Shown in pieces: positions 11,306 to 24,325 of a DNA stretch of 64,000 bases. Below the pieces are notes generated by a model. The model was not told where the DNA came from and made no database searches. It worked only from the letters and a program-made list of their open reading frames with translations. Each line of letters starts with the position of its first letter. Position 1 is the stretch's first letter. The stretch lies in assembly GCF_018977255.1 (NCBI RefSeq), contig NW_024704743.1:4590001-4654000 (forward strand), in the 5' to 3' direction. The position numbers and the translations under genes are program-made. The DNA comes from Callorhinchus milii. Lineage: Eukaryota.

Positions 11306-13025
11306 CTCCCCATCCTCCCCACCATTATTGGCTGAGCCTTCAGCCGTTTCGGCCCCTGCTCTCTGGATTTCCGTCCTGGAGTCCCTCCCCTCTAGTACCA
11401 CATTTCCTCCCCACTTTGAAAGCCTGCCTTAGTACATGCCCCTTTGGCTTTGAGCGTGGATCCTTAATGAAATCCAGCAGTATGGATTGGAGAACACTGA
11501 GGGACTCGATAATAATAATGATTATAATAATAATCAGCCTTGGATTGACTGTGTATTTTGTGGGAGATTCCCGACAGCCAATTGAGCGCAGCAATGTCCC
11601 ACAAACAGTCGTGGATTGAGCGACCCCGGTTTTCGGGGGGATTTGTCGTGGCAAACCTGAGTGAACAATTTTTTCCAGCAAACCCCCTGAGGTCCAATTT
11701 AAAATCACCGGGGACATCTGAATTGACGTTACGTTCTCCGCATACTTAAATGAGGTGTCGGCCTGAATCAGTTTGTAACACTCGTCTCCGAGACAGAATA
11801 TTATTGTTTCGACACGCATATTGGGGAGCTGAGCTTATCGTTGAGGATGACACAGTGTTAGGAGAGTGCAGAGTTGATCTCATGGCAACTATTCGGAAAG
11901 GAGAAGAGAGTTTCTCCCGGTGAGCGGGCAAAAAGTTTCCCCTGGATAAAATTCTTCATTCACGTCATGGATGTATGTGGGACATTGCTGGTGGGAAAAG
12001 GCTACTGTGTTTTAAACCACACAATCATTTGACAGCGATTACCTGCGACGTTCTTTGAGGCGTTTCGATGTGACAAGGGGTTGTGTGTGTAAAAAAAAGC
12101 GCAAGCAGCTCTCCTTGAAGTATAGTGCAAGTCACGCAATAAATAGCTGGGTGATTGCTTGTCTTATTCTACAGTTGTACTGTCATCGGAATGAAACACG
12201 AGATGATTGTTCATTTGAGGTTGTGTCTGTTTCAATTAAATAACACCTGCAAAAGTGATTCACGACACAGCCACAACAGGGGAGGTCCTGGCGTTGGGAG
12301 TGATTTGTAGATTTTAACCTTGGCTGCTGGATCCAGATAATCCATTTGGAAATTTGGCTCCGAATTATTTGTTCAGTCAAAATCGCAGGCCTGAAATTTC
12401 ACGTGTTTTTCACCCACAGTCACTCCACTTTATGTATATCCTGTGAAGCGCTTTGAGACGTCCTCTCGACAGAATGAAACGTAAGGATCATTTACAATCA
12501 TGATAATAATCCTTGCATTTGATACAGCGCCTTATCATGTCGTCTCAAAGCGCTTCACAGTATACACTGTAGGGTGCGGCGACTGTGCCTTTCGTGGGTG
12601 AACGGGGCGGCCAATTTGCTCACAGCATTGGCCCACAAACAGCCATAAAGTGTGGGAAAAGAAACGGCTTTGAATTGAAAACGATATTTAAGAATTTGTC
12701 AAAAATTTTGTACAATCTTAATTACTGGGACCCTTGAGGCTAAAACCACAAGCCTCGGTTTCCAATCAACCTGTTGGACTGATGAGAGGGAGCGGGGGAA
12801 AAGCTCACAGATTTACGGATCGTGCAGCGTTTTTTTTTTTACGTGACCAAAATAACTTGATTCAATAATATAATTTTACCCTCCTACAGACCGTGCGTAA
12901 TACGGGCGCGATGGGTCGCTACAGAGTCGTTAACGTGAACCTTGCGTTTGGAAACTTTACCAAAAAAAAAACAGAGAGTGGAGCATTAAAAAAAAAGCTG
13001 TATCGTTTTATTGCGTTTGCATTGT

Positions 13026-13357
13026 GGAGTCCTGCAGCTCAGTGGTTAGAGCGCTCGCCTCGCAAGCGGGACACCTGGGTTCAATTCCAGGCAGAGGGCG
13101 AAACCTTTGGCAAGTTTCCTTACTCCACACAGAGCCTAATAATAATCCCTCCAAAACCAAAAACAATAATAAATTGGTCATTTTCAATCCACGACTGTGT
13201 GTGGGGACGCTGCTGTGCGCAATTGGCTGCCGCGTTTCTCCCACAAATATACAATCAATTCACTTTACAGCATATTCTGTGAAGCGCTTTGAGACATCGA
13301 GAAGACGTGAAAAGCGCTGTATCAAATGCAAGGATTATTATTATTATTATTATTATT
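13026..13357 (+). mobile_element. SINE-A-type copy with CGC head and intermediate (gagaag) tail loop
   Basis: Short central block as in SINE-A; tail tttgagacatcgagaagacgtgaaaagcgct. Confidence 0.92.
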
Positions 13358-13402
13358 TTGATGAAGGAGAACTAGATGCTCGCGCAGACACTTTAAGGGT
13401 AA

Positions 13403-13640
13403 CAATAATAATCCTTGCTTTTGATACAGGGCCTCATCACGTCTTCGAGACGTCTGAAAGCGCTTAACAGAATAAACTGTGAAGTGGAATGACTGTGCGT
13501 TTTGTGGGCGAAAGGCGACAGCCCAATTGCGCAGGGCAGCGTCCCGCAAGCAGTCGTGGGTCGAAGTGACCGAATTATTATTATTATTTTTTTTTAAAAA
13601 ACATTTTGAAGGCATTATTACCCCCGGAAAAGCCAATCGA
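13403..13640 (-). mobile_element. SINE-B 3' half, tail-to-tail with 13026-13357
   Basis: aataataatccttgcttttgatacagggcctcatcacgtcttcgagacgtc... is the reverse complement of the B tail. Confidence 0.85.
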
Positions 13641-14123
13641 CTTAACGACCGGCTTCCGTCTGGTCCCCACCTGACTCAGTTAGTGCTGCTTTATTTCCTT
13701 TTAGCTTCCTCTCTTTCGCTCCCACCACTCTCCTGTCCTCTCCCCTCTCCTCCGTTGGCATCCCCAGAAATACCGCTCGATCGAGAAAGCCCAGTAGAAA
13801 CTGTGAGCGAGAGGTGCTTTTGAGCTGCCTTAATGGCCCATTTCGAGCAGACCAGGGAGTTCTGCCTCTGACGTAACCAAGTATATTTCTGGCTTCCCCC
13901 AGATAATATGTTGTTTTTCATGCCGTCTCCATCTCATTACCAAAGAGGGACGTATGTGTGTGTGTCTTGTGGGTGGGTGAGGGGAAGCCTTATGACCGTT
14001 GTTCAATCAAAATTTCTGTGCTTGCGAGTCTGGAACACTTAGCTCTGGATTCGATGGTTTTAATAAGCCAATACATATTTATATTTTGTTTCCAAATGGA
14101 AACTTGGAAGTCTCTGCAGTTTC

Positions 14124-14176
14124 TCCCTCCCTTCCCCCCCCCCCCCAGCCCCCCCCCCCCCCCCCCCCCCACCCCT
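14124..14176. repeat. Poly-C tract (G-run on minus strand)
   Basis: Two long C homopolymers separated by ag. Confidence 0.9.
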
Positions 14177-14989
14177 CCACTTACTGTTTTGATTCCAGGT
14201 TTCCACCCTTCCCCTTCAGCCAGAGGAGCGGATTCCACACCAAATTTCTTTGTGACCCTTTGAGAGAAGGCGGAGGTGGGAGGTGGGGGCCTGCAGTGCG
14301 CTGTGGCTCGTGCTGAGATGCTCTTGCTTGCAGCTGTCTGTCTGAGAATGCCACGCGTATTGTGTACAGTAAAGCATCTTAACCCTCGGACTCAAACTCA
14401 TTGCCACTTGACTGTTCGAGACAGGTTCTCAAATTACCTAACGGCCCACAGTAACCTAGGCTTCCAGGTGTCAGGCTGACTCAGTTGGTGTCTCTCTCTC
14501 TCTCGCCTGTGAGGCAGAAGGATAGGAGTTCAGTCCCCACGTCAGGAATTTGAACTCACATAATTCAGGCTGACACTTCAGCCCAGTGCTGGGTGTGTGC
14601 TGCATTGATGAAAGTGCCGCCCTTCGGATCACACGTTAAACCCACAGAATACACAGTGGCTACGCTTCACAGCATATTCTGTGAAGCGCTTTGAGACGTC
14701 TCGAAGACGTGATAAGGCGCTATATCAAATCCAAGGATTATTATATTATAAACCACTTCACTTGTCTGCTTCTACAAGTGGATATTAAGATCCCATGGAC
14801 TATTGGAAAAGAGAAGGGAGTTTCTCCTAGTGTCCTGGCCAACAATCCCCCAGATAAAATGGGTCATTCACCTTGTATGTTTGTGGTGCTTTGATGGGTG
14901 CAAATTGGCTACCGCATTTGTCTGTGAAATACACAGTCACTGCACTTCACTGAAGCTTCAAAGACCTCGATGGCTTTGCTCCTTCTTGC

Positions 14990-15329
14990 CTCTGTGACCT
15001 GCGAATGCTGTATCAACCAGTCCGCTCCTTCTGCTCGGCAGACTCCAGCCTGACCGACCCACCATCGGCGGTCGGGCCTTCAGCCTCTCTGCCCTCACCC
15101 TTTGGAACTCCATCCCACATTCCCTTCCCTCCCTTGCCTCCTTCAAGGCACATCTCAATACCCTCCTCTTCGACCCAGCCTTCGGACACCCTCCTACCCC
15201 GACCTTCCCTGTCTTCCACTCCTCCTGATCCCAAGCCCCAGCTCGGGTCCGAATCTCTGACTGTCCAGAGCCTTGGAATGTCCGTCCTCCCAATGTGAAA
15301 GCTGCTCAACAAATTAATTTGTGGTTGTT
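14990..15329 (+). mobile_element. L2 LINE 3' end
   Basis: accatcggcggtcgggccttcagc (TIGGRAFS) ... tggaactccatccca (WNSIP) ... stem-loop tail. Confidence 0.88.
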
Positions 15330-15983
15330 CACATGTCGAATGCAAGTATTATTATCATCATCATCATCATCATCATCTCTGGGTTATTTTGGAAAGCACT
15401 TTCAGCCACTACTCCCCGAAACTCTGGAACACTCTCCCTCAATCCCTCCGCCTTGCCCCCTTCCCCCCCCCCTTCCCCTTTTTTCAAGCCCCTCCTGGAA
15501 ACCTTCCTCTTCGACCGTGCTCGCTTATCAATAAACCCAAAAAAGGCAGTGGTGTGAAGCACTTCGCTCTGGGACATTACCCTGTTTGAAGGGCACTATG
15601 TAAATCCAAGTTGTTGTTGCTGGTGTTATTACACCATCGGCTGATGAGCTTCTGAAAAAGCAAGTTTGGTTAATGCTTTGGTTCTGACGGCAGACAGGAC
15701 TCAAGTTTAACGTCACATCTGTAGGAAGTCACCTCCCGACAAGCCAGCGTTCCCCCCCCCCAGCACTGCACCGGAGTGCCAGCCTAGACGACGAGCTCAA
15801 AGTCCTGTGTGGGACTTGAACGCACAACTTTCTGGCTCGGGAGTGAAAACTACCAACTGAGCCAGGCTGCTTGGAATCCAGAAAGCGGACAGAACAGTAA
15901 AGGGCTACTCAGTCCTCCTCGTCTGGGTCACTGCTACCTGTCAATTGATCCCACTTTCCAACTCTTTCTCCCATATCTTTTAG

Positions 15984-16062
15984 CGAAGAGAGCGTTAAGT
16001 TCAGTTACGGCTTACAGTCTGGCCCATTGCCGGGCTCTGTTACCCGAAATCCAGTGAAACCA
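15984..16062 (+). CDS. Candidate internal coding exon (79 nt, phase 2 to phase 0) of an unidentified large gene; peptide EESVKFSYGLQSGPLPGSVTRNPVKP
   Basis: Long polypyrimidine tract and acceptor (ccactttccaactctttctcccatatcttttAG, AG at 15982-83) and consensus donor cca|GTGAGT at 16063. Only one of three frames is open, and the sequence is non-repetitive. Protein not recognised. Confidence 0.5.
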
Positions 16063-16089
16063 GTGAGTTTCCTAGTTCTGTGTTTTGTT

Positions 16090-16255
16090 TTACTTCTCTT
16101 TCTCTCTCTCTGTCTCCCTCTCCATCCCTCCCTCCCTCCCTCCCTCCCTCCTTCTTTCCTCTCTCCATCTCCCACCTCTTTCCCTCTTCCTGCCAGCTCT
16201 TTCCCTCTCCCTCCCTCCTCTCTGACCTCTCCCTCCCTCCCTCCTCTCTCCCTCG
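16090..16255. repeat. Polypyrimidine (CT/CCCT)n low-complexity tract
   Basis: Almost pure C/T run starting just after the candidate exon donor. Confidence 0.9.
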
Positions 16256-17429
16256 GTCCCAGCCGCTGGCGCTGATCGACAGGTGTTTTACCAAGCGACC
16301 CAGCCAAGAACTGTTTAAAAAAAAGGCAGCTCAGTTAACGCTGGTGGATTTGAGTGACTGGCTGCTCTGCGATTTGAACCTCTGGTGACCCTCTTGGGTT
16401 GGGAACTGAGCGCTCTTGTGTCCTCTAACACTGCACCACTGAACCACAAGAAGAAAAAAAACGGCAAATGGTTATATATGTTCTCCTCCCTTTCTTTGCG
16501 AGCCATTTGGATTAGCGCATTTCTTAAAAAGTGGACAGAACTTTTTCTGTACTGGAGGAAACATCGGGTTCCAAGTGTTGTCTATGACATCTCTGCCTCT
16601 GTCGTCTGGTATTTCAGACAACTTAACAATAATTATTTGAACAACACTGCCTTCTTATACCCCGACCTCCGTCGTAAAACTAGGATTAACCAAATAATCC
16701 TCGCTATGTGGCCCATGTTAATCTTTCAGGAAACTCCGCTGGGGTTAATACTTCTACCCCTGATTGGCAATAAAATATTCTTCGTTCTTGAAAGGTGAAT
16801 TCATTTTTAATTCGGGTATTGGGGAGAGAGTGGGGTCATCGCAAACCACCATTTGCTCTCAGACCCGAAAGAAAGATAGCACGGAAAATCTTCTGGGCGA
16901 GAGACGAAGCGTAAATTCGCCGATTGATTGATCCGTAATTATTGAGCGTTTGCCTATCAAACCGTAATCTGTTCGCTCAAATTCCGGCTGACCGCTTCAA
17001 GGCTTTGTTGCGGCATAGCTGTGGCTGTTGGTGAAACGTTAACAATTAACAAGCTTCAAGCAAACACAGACGTGCTTTGGAACTCAATAGGGACCCGTGA
17101 ACTTGCACATGCAGAAAATGGGGCCTTTTTTGTTAATTATCTTTCCTTCAAACTCTTTACAATGTACATTTTTTTTCATTTCTGACACTTGTAGGGTTTT
17201 TTTTTCCCTTTGGTCGCAAGTGTCTTCCTCATCCAAACCAATCTTGTGAGAGTATGGCTGACAGTTGGGGGGAGGAAAAAGAGAATACTCTGTGAATCGA
17301 GATTTTGAAAGCAAGTACTTGTATCTTTTATAGTGCCTTATCATATTAAATCTCAAATCGCTTTACAAGCAAGTACAGTCAAGTGTAGTGACTGGTTTTT
17401 ACATGTCAGCCATTTGCAGGTCAACTTCG

Positions 17430-18430
17430 GTCGCAAGTCCCTCCACTCCCTCCTCGAGCCCCCGCGGACTGGTTTTCGCCCTGACTGCCCACAGCACGGA
17501 GAAAACACTTGTCAAAATCACAAACGACATCCTTTCTATCTGTGACCAGGGCTCCCTCGGCCTCCTCGTCCTCCTGGTTCTCTCTGCCGCGTTCGACACA
17601 GTCGACCACGCCATCCTCCTCCACCGCCTCTCCTCCCTCATCCACCTTAGTGGGACCTCACTCGCATGGTTCGAGTCTTACTTAACCAACCGCTTACATT
17701 TCATCTCCTCCCACCCCCACCCAGTCATCTGTGGGGTACCCCAGGGCTCCATCCTTGGCCCTCTTCTTTTCCTCATCTATATGCTCCGTCTTGGAGATGT
17801 CATCCGCAGACACAGGGTTAACTTCCACTGTATGTGGATGACACACAAATCTACTTTGCCTCTTCCAATACCAACTACAAGTCTGCCAAAATTCTTGTCT
17901 GGTAGACATCAAGGCCTGGATGAGTGTAAACTTCCTGCAGCTGAATTGCCCCCCAGCTGTCCTTCCTCCACCACATCCGGTCCCTGACCAGGACCGCCTT
18001 CTTTCACCTCCGCCACATTTCCGGCCTCCGACTGTACCTTACCCCAAATGCAGTCAAAACCCTTGTGCATGCGTTTTGTCACCTCCCGATCCTCATATTC
18101 ATGTTCAAATCCCTGGAATCTGCCCACCTCACCGACCTCCTCACTTCCCAATCCAACACCCGACACCTCCGCTCGACTGGCACCCTCGCACCCTCCGCCC
18201 CACCATCGGAGGTCGCGCTTTCAGCCAATATGCCCCGAAACTCTGGAACACTCTACCTCAATGCCTCCGCCTTGTCCACTCTGTCCCCTTCTTCAACTTC
18301 CGCCTCCCCCCAACTCAACCTTCCTCTTCGACCGTGCTCACAGTCTTCTCCCAACCGCCCCCCCCTCTCCCCACCAGCTCTGAGACTACCCTGCGTGGAG
18401 AGCACTATATAAAAGGATTATTATTATTAA
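17430..18430 (+). mobile_element. L2 LINE, degenerate RT domain through 3' end with internal deletions
   Basis: ORF 17388-17987 contains HSTEKTLVKITNDIL, LLVLLVLSAAFDTVDH, WFESYL and GVPQGSILGPLLFLIYM (L2-clade RT; YADD decayed), then TIGGRAFSQYAPKLWNTLP and a tail ending aggattattattatt. Confidence 0.92.
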
Positions 18431-18592
18431 GAACCCATCAGGTGAATGAATAAGTAAGGCTCAGGGTGATTGACTAGGACACTGTGAGAAACTCTTTTCG
18501 GTTTAGATTCACACGATTTTTTCTGACCACCTGAACAGGCAGACAGTACCGTGGTTTAATGTCTCACCCAAAAGACAGCACCTCTGACGTTG

Positions 18593-18900
18593 CCAACAAT
18601 AACAACTTGCACTTATATAGCGCCCTCCATGCCAGGCGGCGTCTCAGAGTGCTTAACAATGGTGGAACCCAAGGCCGAGTCAGGGGGAGGTGATTGTAGG
18701 TGCGGTCCATAAAAGAAAGTCTTCAGGCACGACCTGAAGATGGGGAAGGAGAGGGGGGCAAGGCGAAGGGGTTGAAGGAGGGAGTTCCAAAGTTTCAGGG
18801 CGTAGTGGCTGAAGGCACGGCTGCCGATGGTGGAGCGGAGGATTTGGGGGATGCGGAGGAGGCCGGACTCAGTTGAGCAGAGGCAGAGGGTACTGCTGTG
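18593..18900 (-). mobile_element. L2 LINE 3' end
   Basis: Minus ORF 18613-19104 contains RSTIGSRAFSHYALKLWNSL; (CAA)n at the left edge. Confidence 0.85.
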
Positions 18901-20669
18901 GGGAGAGAAGAGGTTTACCAGTCTAGTACTCCACCAGTCTAGTAACTGTTTAGCCAGGAGCGAGAGCGAGCCAAGCAGACACTTGAGGTCTGCTTCACCT
19001 TTCTGTCCACTTTTTAAGAAATGCACTGATCCGAGCGGCTTGCAAAGAAAGGGAGGAGAACATATAACCATTTGCCGTTGAGTGATGTACGCAGACTCAG
19101 GCATATAACCTTTGTCGTGTTCAAAAGCTTATTAATAATGATTGCATTTGATATTGGGCCTTTCACATCAAGGGGACTGCTCAGACTTCTTCTGACTCAG
19201 AGGCAAGAGTGTTACGAACAGAACCAATCCTCTGTGTTCTACGTGAAATCAACACACGTTCTCTTGTTCTTAGAAATCCCAGGCCACCGTGGATTTCCAC
19301 AAAAGGCATCCGTAATTAATTCCAAATCGGAACAAAAGACTATTTAGCAACTTTTTTAATTGACTACATTTTCATTTTTCTTTTCTTCCGTTCGTGCTAA
19401 AGGTTGTTCTGAATTTGTAACCGTTTCGGTTAAGTGGGGTTGATCGAGCGTAACTGAAGCTTGGAGGGAAATCGGAAGATTGTGGGTTCAAAGCCCTACA
19501 TCGTGACTTGCTCACAGTCACATATGTTTGTTGGGGCAACAACTCCACAGATGAAAAAAAAATGGTCACTGACTTTCTTTATGGCACGAGGGGGGTGGGG
19601 GGCGGTGGGGGATTGAATTTTGATCTCCTTCAATCCCGAATAGCCTCCTTCTGCGCTGTAGATTTCTACGTTTCTATATGGTGTCTCTCGAGTCAGGAGG
19701 GCATCCCAAGACCCTTAATCGTTTGAGCAGTAGTACATTGGGTGCCCAACTAGAGATTTGTACTGCGAAGTGTATTGACTTTCACAGTGAGCTGAGAATC
19801 GCAGTGTCCTGAGGAGCCAAGTTCCTTCCACATGAGTGATGTTGGAGGGAGGAGGAGAAGAAAGAATTGATAGTCCAGCAACAGTAATATTGTTGCATAG
19901 AATAACAGAATTACATCCATTGTACAGCCCTGCAACATGGCGTTCGGCCCGACCTTTCCGCGCTGGTGTTTATACTCCACATGAGCCTCCACTCCTCCTA
20001 TTTCCCTCTTCGATGTCAGAAATAGTTGATTTGAGGTTAATCGCTCAAAGAACATTTCAATGCTGAACGTCTTGTGTTAAAAGAATATCACCCAAAGTAT
20101 ATTTGACTTGATTACTCCCCATACCCAATCCACCTCCCTCGTGGATGCAGGGCACCTAGGAATGAACTCCCAAAGGAAAATGAACACCTCCAGTAATGTC
20201 CCTAGTTTCCCTCCCCCGCCCCCTCTTATTTAAGATATCTTGTGATAGATAAAACGCAGATGCTATTTGCATTGTTCGTTGCTTTCAGCAGCTACTAATG
20301 GGATTTTAACGACTTACGTAACAGGCTCTTTAAATCCCTTAGTTTGTCGAGTGCCCTCTCCTCTCTCACCCCCCGCCGCCACTACCGATTTCTCTATTTA
20401 CAATGTTTATAGCGTGAGAAGACACTACGAGCCATTGTCGTTCCAGAGCTGCGGCAATTTGAATTGTCATTTTTCACTCGCTTATTCATGCTGTTTTTCA
20501 GCAGTGAGAGCGAGCTGACGGGTGAGTTTCTGACTGAGGCGCTGAGGAGTGTTAGCAACACACACAAAGTGTGGACCTCACTTTATTTCACACCTCATAA
20601 TTGATTTGCGCTACAATCTCTGGGACTGATTTCCTGCTCCCTGCACTTCCTGCAATAAATTATAATAAT

Positions 20670-21010
20670 AATAATATTCCTTGCATTTGATGTGGCGCCT
20701 TGTCACATCAAAACGTCCCAAAGCACTTCACAGAGTTTTTCCTGTAAAGTGTTGTGAATATTTGTCGGCAGCTGATTTGCGCGCAGCCAGTTGGCGAATG
20801 ATCAGTTTAACTGGAGGATTGTTGGCCAGGACACCGGGAGAAACTTCACTTCGACGTTGATCTGAGCGGGCAGACGGGATCTCAGTTTGACGTCTCATCT
20901 GAAGGACGGCACCTTCCAACGATGCAGATGTTTCCTCCATCATTTGTGATGGAGCGTCAACTTAGACCATGAGCTCAAAGTGCTGATGTGGGATTGAACT
21001 CACAACCTAT
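20670..21010 (-). mobile_element. Deu-domain SINE
   Basis: ggccaggacaccgggagaaact...gacgtctcatctgaaggacggcacc is the reverse complement of the Deu core. Confidence 0.82.
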
Positions 21011-21289
21011 TTCCTTTTTCCCCTTAAAGAAAATAATAATAATAAATTGGTCACTCAATTTGGTCACGACGGTTTGTGGGGACGCTGCTGCGCGCAATTG
21101 GCTGCCACAATTCGCCCACAAATATACAGTCAATTCACTTTACAATATATTCTGTGAAGTGCTTTGAGACGTCTAGAAGACGTGGAAAGTGCGATGTCAA
21201 ATGCAAGGATTATTATTATTATTATAACCTTCTGACCCAGACATTAGAGTGCCACCAACTGAGTGAGCTAGGGTAATGCATGACAATGA

Positions 21290-21525
21290 TTATACAATAC
21301 AAAACTACATTTGTATAGCGCCTTTCACACCAGGACGACGTCCCAAGGCGCTGGACAGTCAGGGATTTGGACCCGAGCTGGGGGTCAAAATCGGTGAGGG
21401 GGTTTGGCTGAAGGCTCGGTCGAAGAGGAGGGTTTTGAGATGCGTCTTGGAGGAGGCAAGGGAAGGGAGCAAGGCAAAGGGAATGCGGGATGGAGTTCCA
21501 TAGGGTGGGGGCAGGAAGGCTGAAG
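21290..21525 (-). mobile_element. L2 LINE 3' end
   Basis: Minus strand reads APTLWNSIPHSL and SKTHLKTLLFDRAF; tail stem-loop present. Confidence 0.85.
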
Positions 21526-23387
21526 GCATTATAGCACCTTTCACCAGGAAGAACATCTTGACGCTTCTCACAAGGGTGATGGAAGTCCCCGAGCAGAAAG
21601 GTGACGATAAAAAGCAGGTGAAGATGATGTTTTAAGAGGTTTTCGAGGAGGAAGGTGCGGGATGCAGTGGATTTGGGGAGAGTTGCAGAGAGTGGGGAAC
21701 AAAAGAGCTGAGGGTGGAAAGTGGTGGATCTTGAGACAGACCTCAACAACGTAAAGGAAAACGATGTGTGGGAAAGCAATTTAATGCAGGTTAAACCCCG
21801 TCTAGCTTGCTTCTTGGCAAGTTATTGAATTGTTAACGTTTGGCCTTTTACTCACCACTAATTTTTAAGTGCACCTCGTGCTTTGGAGCTTTGCAAGTTT
21901 CAGGAACTGTGGCGAGCAGTGAAAGGTTTCTCACGTGAAGTAACGCAAGACATTAATGCACCCTCCGCATTAAATTCAGTAACTCCACACTGTGCTTCAC
22001 AAAGAGGCGGGCTTTAGTGTTGAACGTGGCGATCTTTCCGACAATTCGCATTTATGCAACTTGCATTTATATAGCTCCCTTCGTGTCGGCATCGTCTCGG
22101 AACACTTTACAAGTGAGAGGGGGTTGGTGGTGGGGTGGGAGGGGGGGGTTGTTTCCCTTTACCTTTGTTACTTTTCAATTATCTTGTTCCTTCTTCACCC
22201 CCTTTTTATGGATTGACAATACGCATCCAAATATCACAAATCCAACAGGTGAAATCTATACGCAATAGGTAAGCGGTGATAAGTAAACCCAGGTGTATAA
22301 TGCTCTGTGGGGAATTATTTGGGATGTTGTTTTGCTCTCTGATACCTCACCTGCTATGCCTCTAACCTCTGGAACTCCCTTCCTTCTATCCCTCTGTGTT
22401 GTGCCCCCCCCCACCCCCCACCGACCCCCATCCCACCCTCTCTACCTGCCTTGAAATCCTTAAAAAAATACGCACCAGCCCTCGCCTTCCCCTCTCTTCA
22501 ATGCTCAGGGTCTGACCGCAGCGTCCAAGTAAAGCCCTGTGAGATGTTATCCTACGTGAAAGGCGCTATTTAACAAACAAAACATTACGTGTGTACAGCG
22601 CGTTTCATGTAGGGAGGATGTCCCAAGGTGCTGGACAGTCAAAGATGTACCCCCGAGCTAGGGGGTTGGGATCAGGGGTGAAGGGCAGGGAGGGGAGGGT
22701 GACCGAAGACACGGTCGAAGAGGAAGCTCTTGAGATGGGCCTCGAAAGAGGCAAGGGAGAGGGCGAGGCGAAGTGACTGTGGCATCGAGCACTTGTTGTT
22801 GGTTTAGTCTTTGAACTTCCTTGGATTTAGTTATTGTGATGGATGATCGCGCGTTTTATTTCTCAAAATTATGAATTAGTCTTTTTCTCGTGGCCACAGG
22901 ATAGCAGTCTGCTCTTGAGAAATGTCCTTTTGTACGTCTGCCTTTAAGTAAAGTGCTGGATTACATACTCCACCAAGGTCAAGATGCATTGTGGTGTAAG
23001 GAAATGTCTTTAAGAGTCGTGCAGGGATCTGCATGTGCCAAATCTGATGAGCCTATCTGTGAGTTGAAGAAAGCTAATAATTTGGTTGAAAGGCCTTCTT
23101 CGTACACAAAGCACTTAGTGAAATTGAAATGTCCAGATAATAGCCGCACTTTGTATTCTGGGATTGCGCATTGTAGTTGTGTGACATTCCTCTGGGAATA
23201 CAAACATTTTTTTACCTGACTGTGGCTGCATTATTATACCCTTCAAATACAAGGTGGAGGGTAGGGAAGAGAGAAATCTGATTAGCACTGATCAGTCACT
23301 TCAAAGCTGAAATTCAGCTTGAGCAACAACTCCAATTTGCACTTCTAAAGTGTCTTTCACGTGGGGAAAACGTCTCAAAGCGCATTA

Positions 23388-23713
23388 TAATAATATTAAT
23401 AATAATCCTTGCATTTGATATAGCGCTTTTCACGTCGGGAGGACGTCCCAAAGAGCTTCACAGAACACACTGTAAAGTGAATTAACTGTATATTTGTGGG
23501 CGAACGCGGCAGCCAATTGCGCACAGCAATGTCCCACAAACAGTCGTAGATTGAAAATGACCAATTTATTATTGTTTTGTTTTTTTGGAGGGATTATTAT
23601 TAGGCTCTGTGTGGAGTAAGGAAACTTGCCCAAGGTTTCGCCCTCTGCCTGGAATTGAACTCAGGTCTCTCACTTGCAAAGCGAGTGCTCTAACCACTGA
23701 GCTACAGGACTCC
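23388..23713 (-). mobile_element. SINE-A, full length
   Basis: Reverse complement of the 8911 copy with few differences. Confidence 0.95.
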
Positions 23714-23849
23714 ACAAGGACTCTGTCTCCATGAAGACAGAGTGAGTGGGAGCCCGAGCTGGGAGGGAGATAGGAGGTAAGAGGGAGGTGGCTGAAAGCT
23801 TTGGCTCTAAGTGTTCCGAGGTGCTACCAGAGTGAAAACGAGTAGCACC

Positions 23850-24325
23850 TGCCTTCAGCCACTACGCCCCGAGGCTCTGGAACTCCCTTCCTCACTCCCT
23901 TCGCCTCGCCCCCTCTCTTCCTATTTTCAGGTCTCGGCTCAAGACCTTTCTTTTCGACCGCGCCTTTGGTCACCTTCCTCCCCCTCCCCGCTGGCTCGGC
24001 CCCGGCATCCGTTACTGTGAAGCGCTCTGAGACGCCGTCCGGCGTGGAGGGCGCTATATAAATCCAAGTTGTTGTTGTTGTTGTTGAAGACGTCATATGA
24101 ATGCAAGTTGCTGTTGTTATTGTCGAAGGTGCAGTCAAAGAGAGAGGATTCAGAATGACCAGAGGGATGGAGCAAGAAAGTAAGAGGTGGGAGGAAGATG
24201 GCACGGTCGAAGAGGAGGGTCTTGAGACGGGTCTTGAAGGAGGCGTGGGAGGGGGTGAGGCGGAGGGATTGCGGGATGGAGTTCCAGAGGGTGGAGGCAG
24301 AGCGGCTGAAGGCCCGCCCGCCATG
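23850..24325. mobile_element. Convergent pair of L2 3' ends (+ 23850-24087, - about 24170-24325)
   Basis: Both carry AFS...LWNS and KTxLFDRA motifs in opposite orientation. Confidence 0.8.

Noticed and set aside
12779..12810. Hammerhead ribozyme cores (ctgatga at 12779, 15641, 23044)
   Set aside because: No stem II closed by a correctly placed GAAA and no supporting stems I/III.
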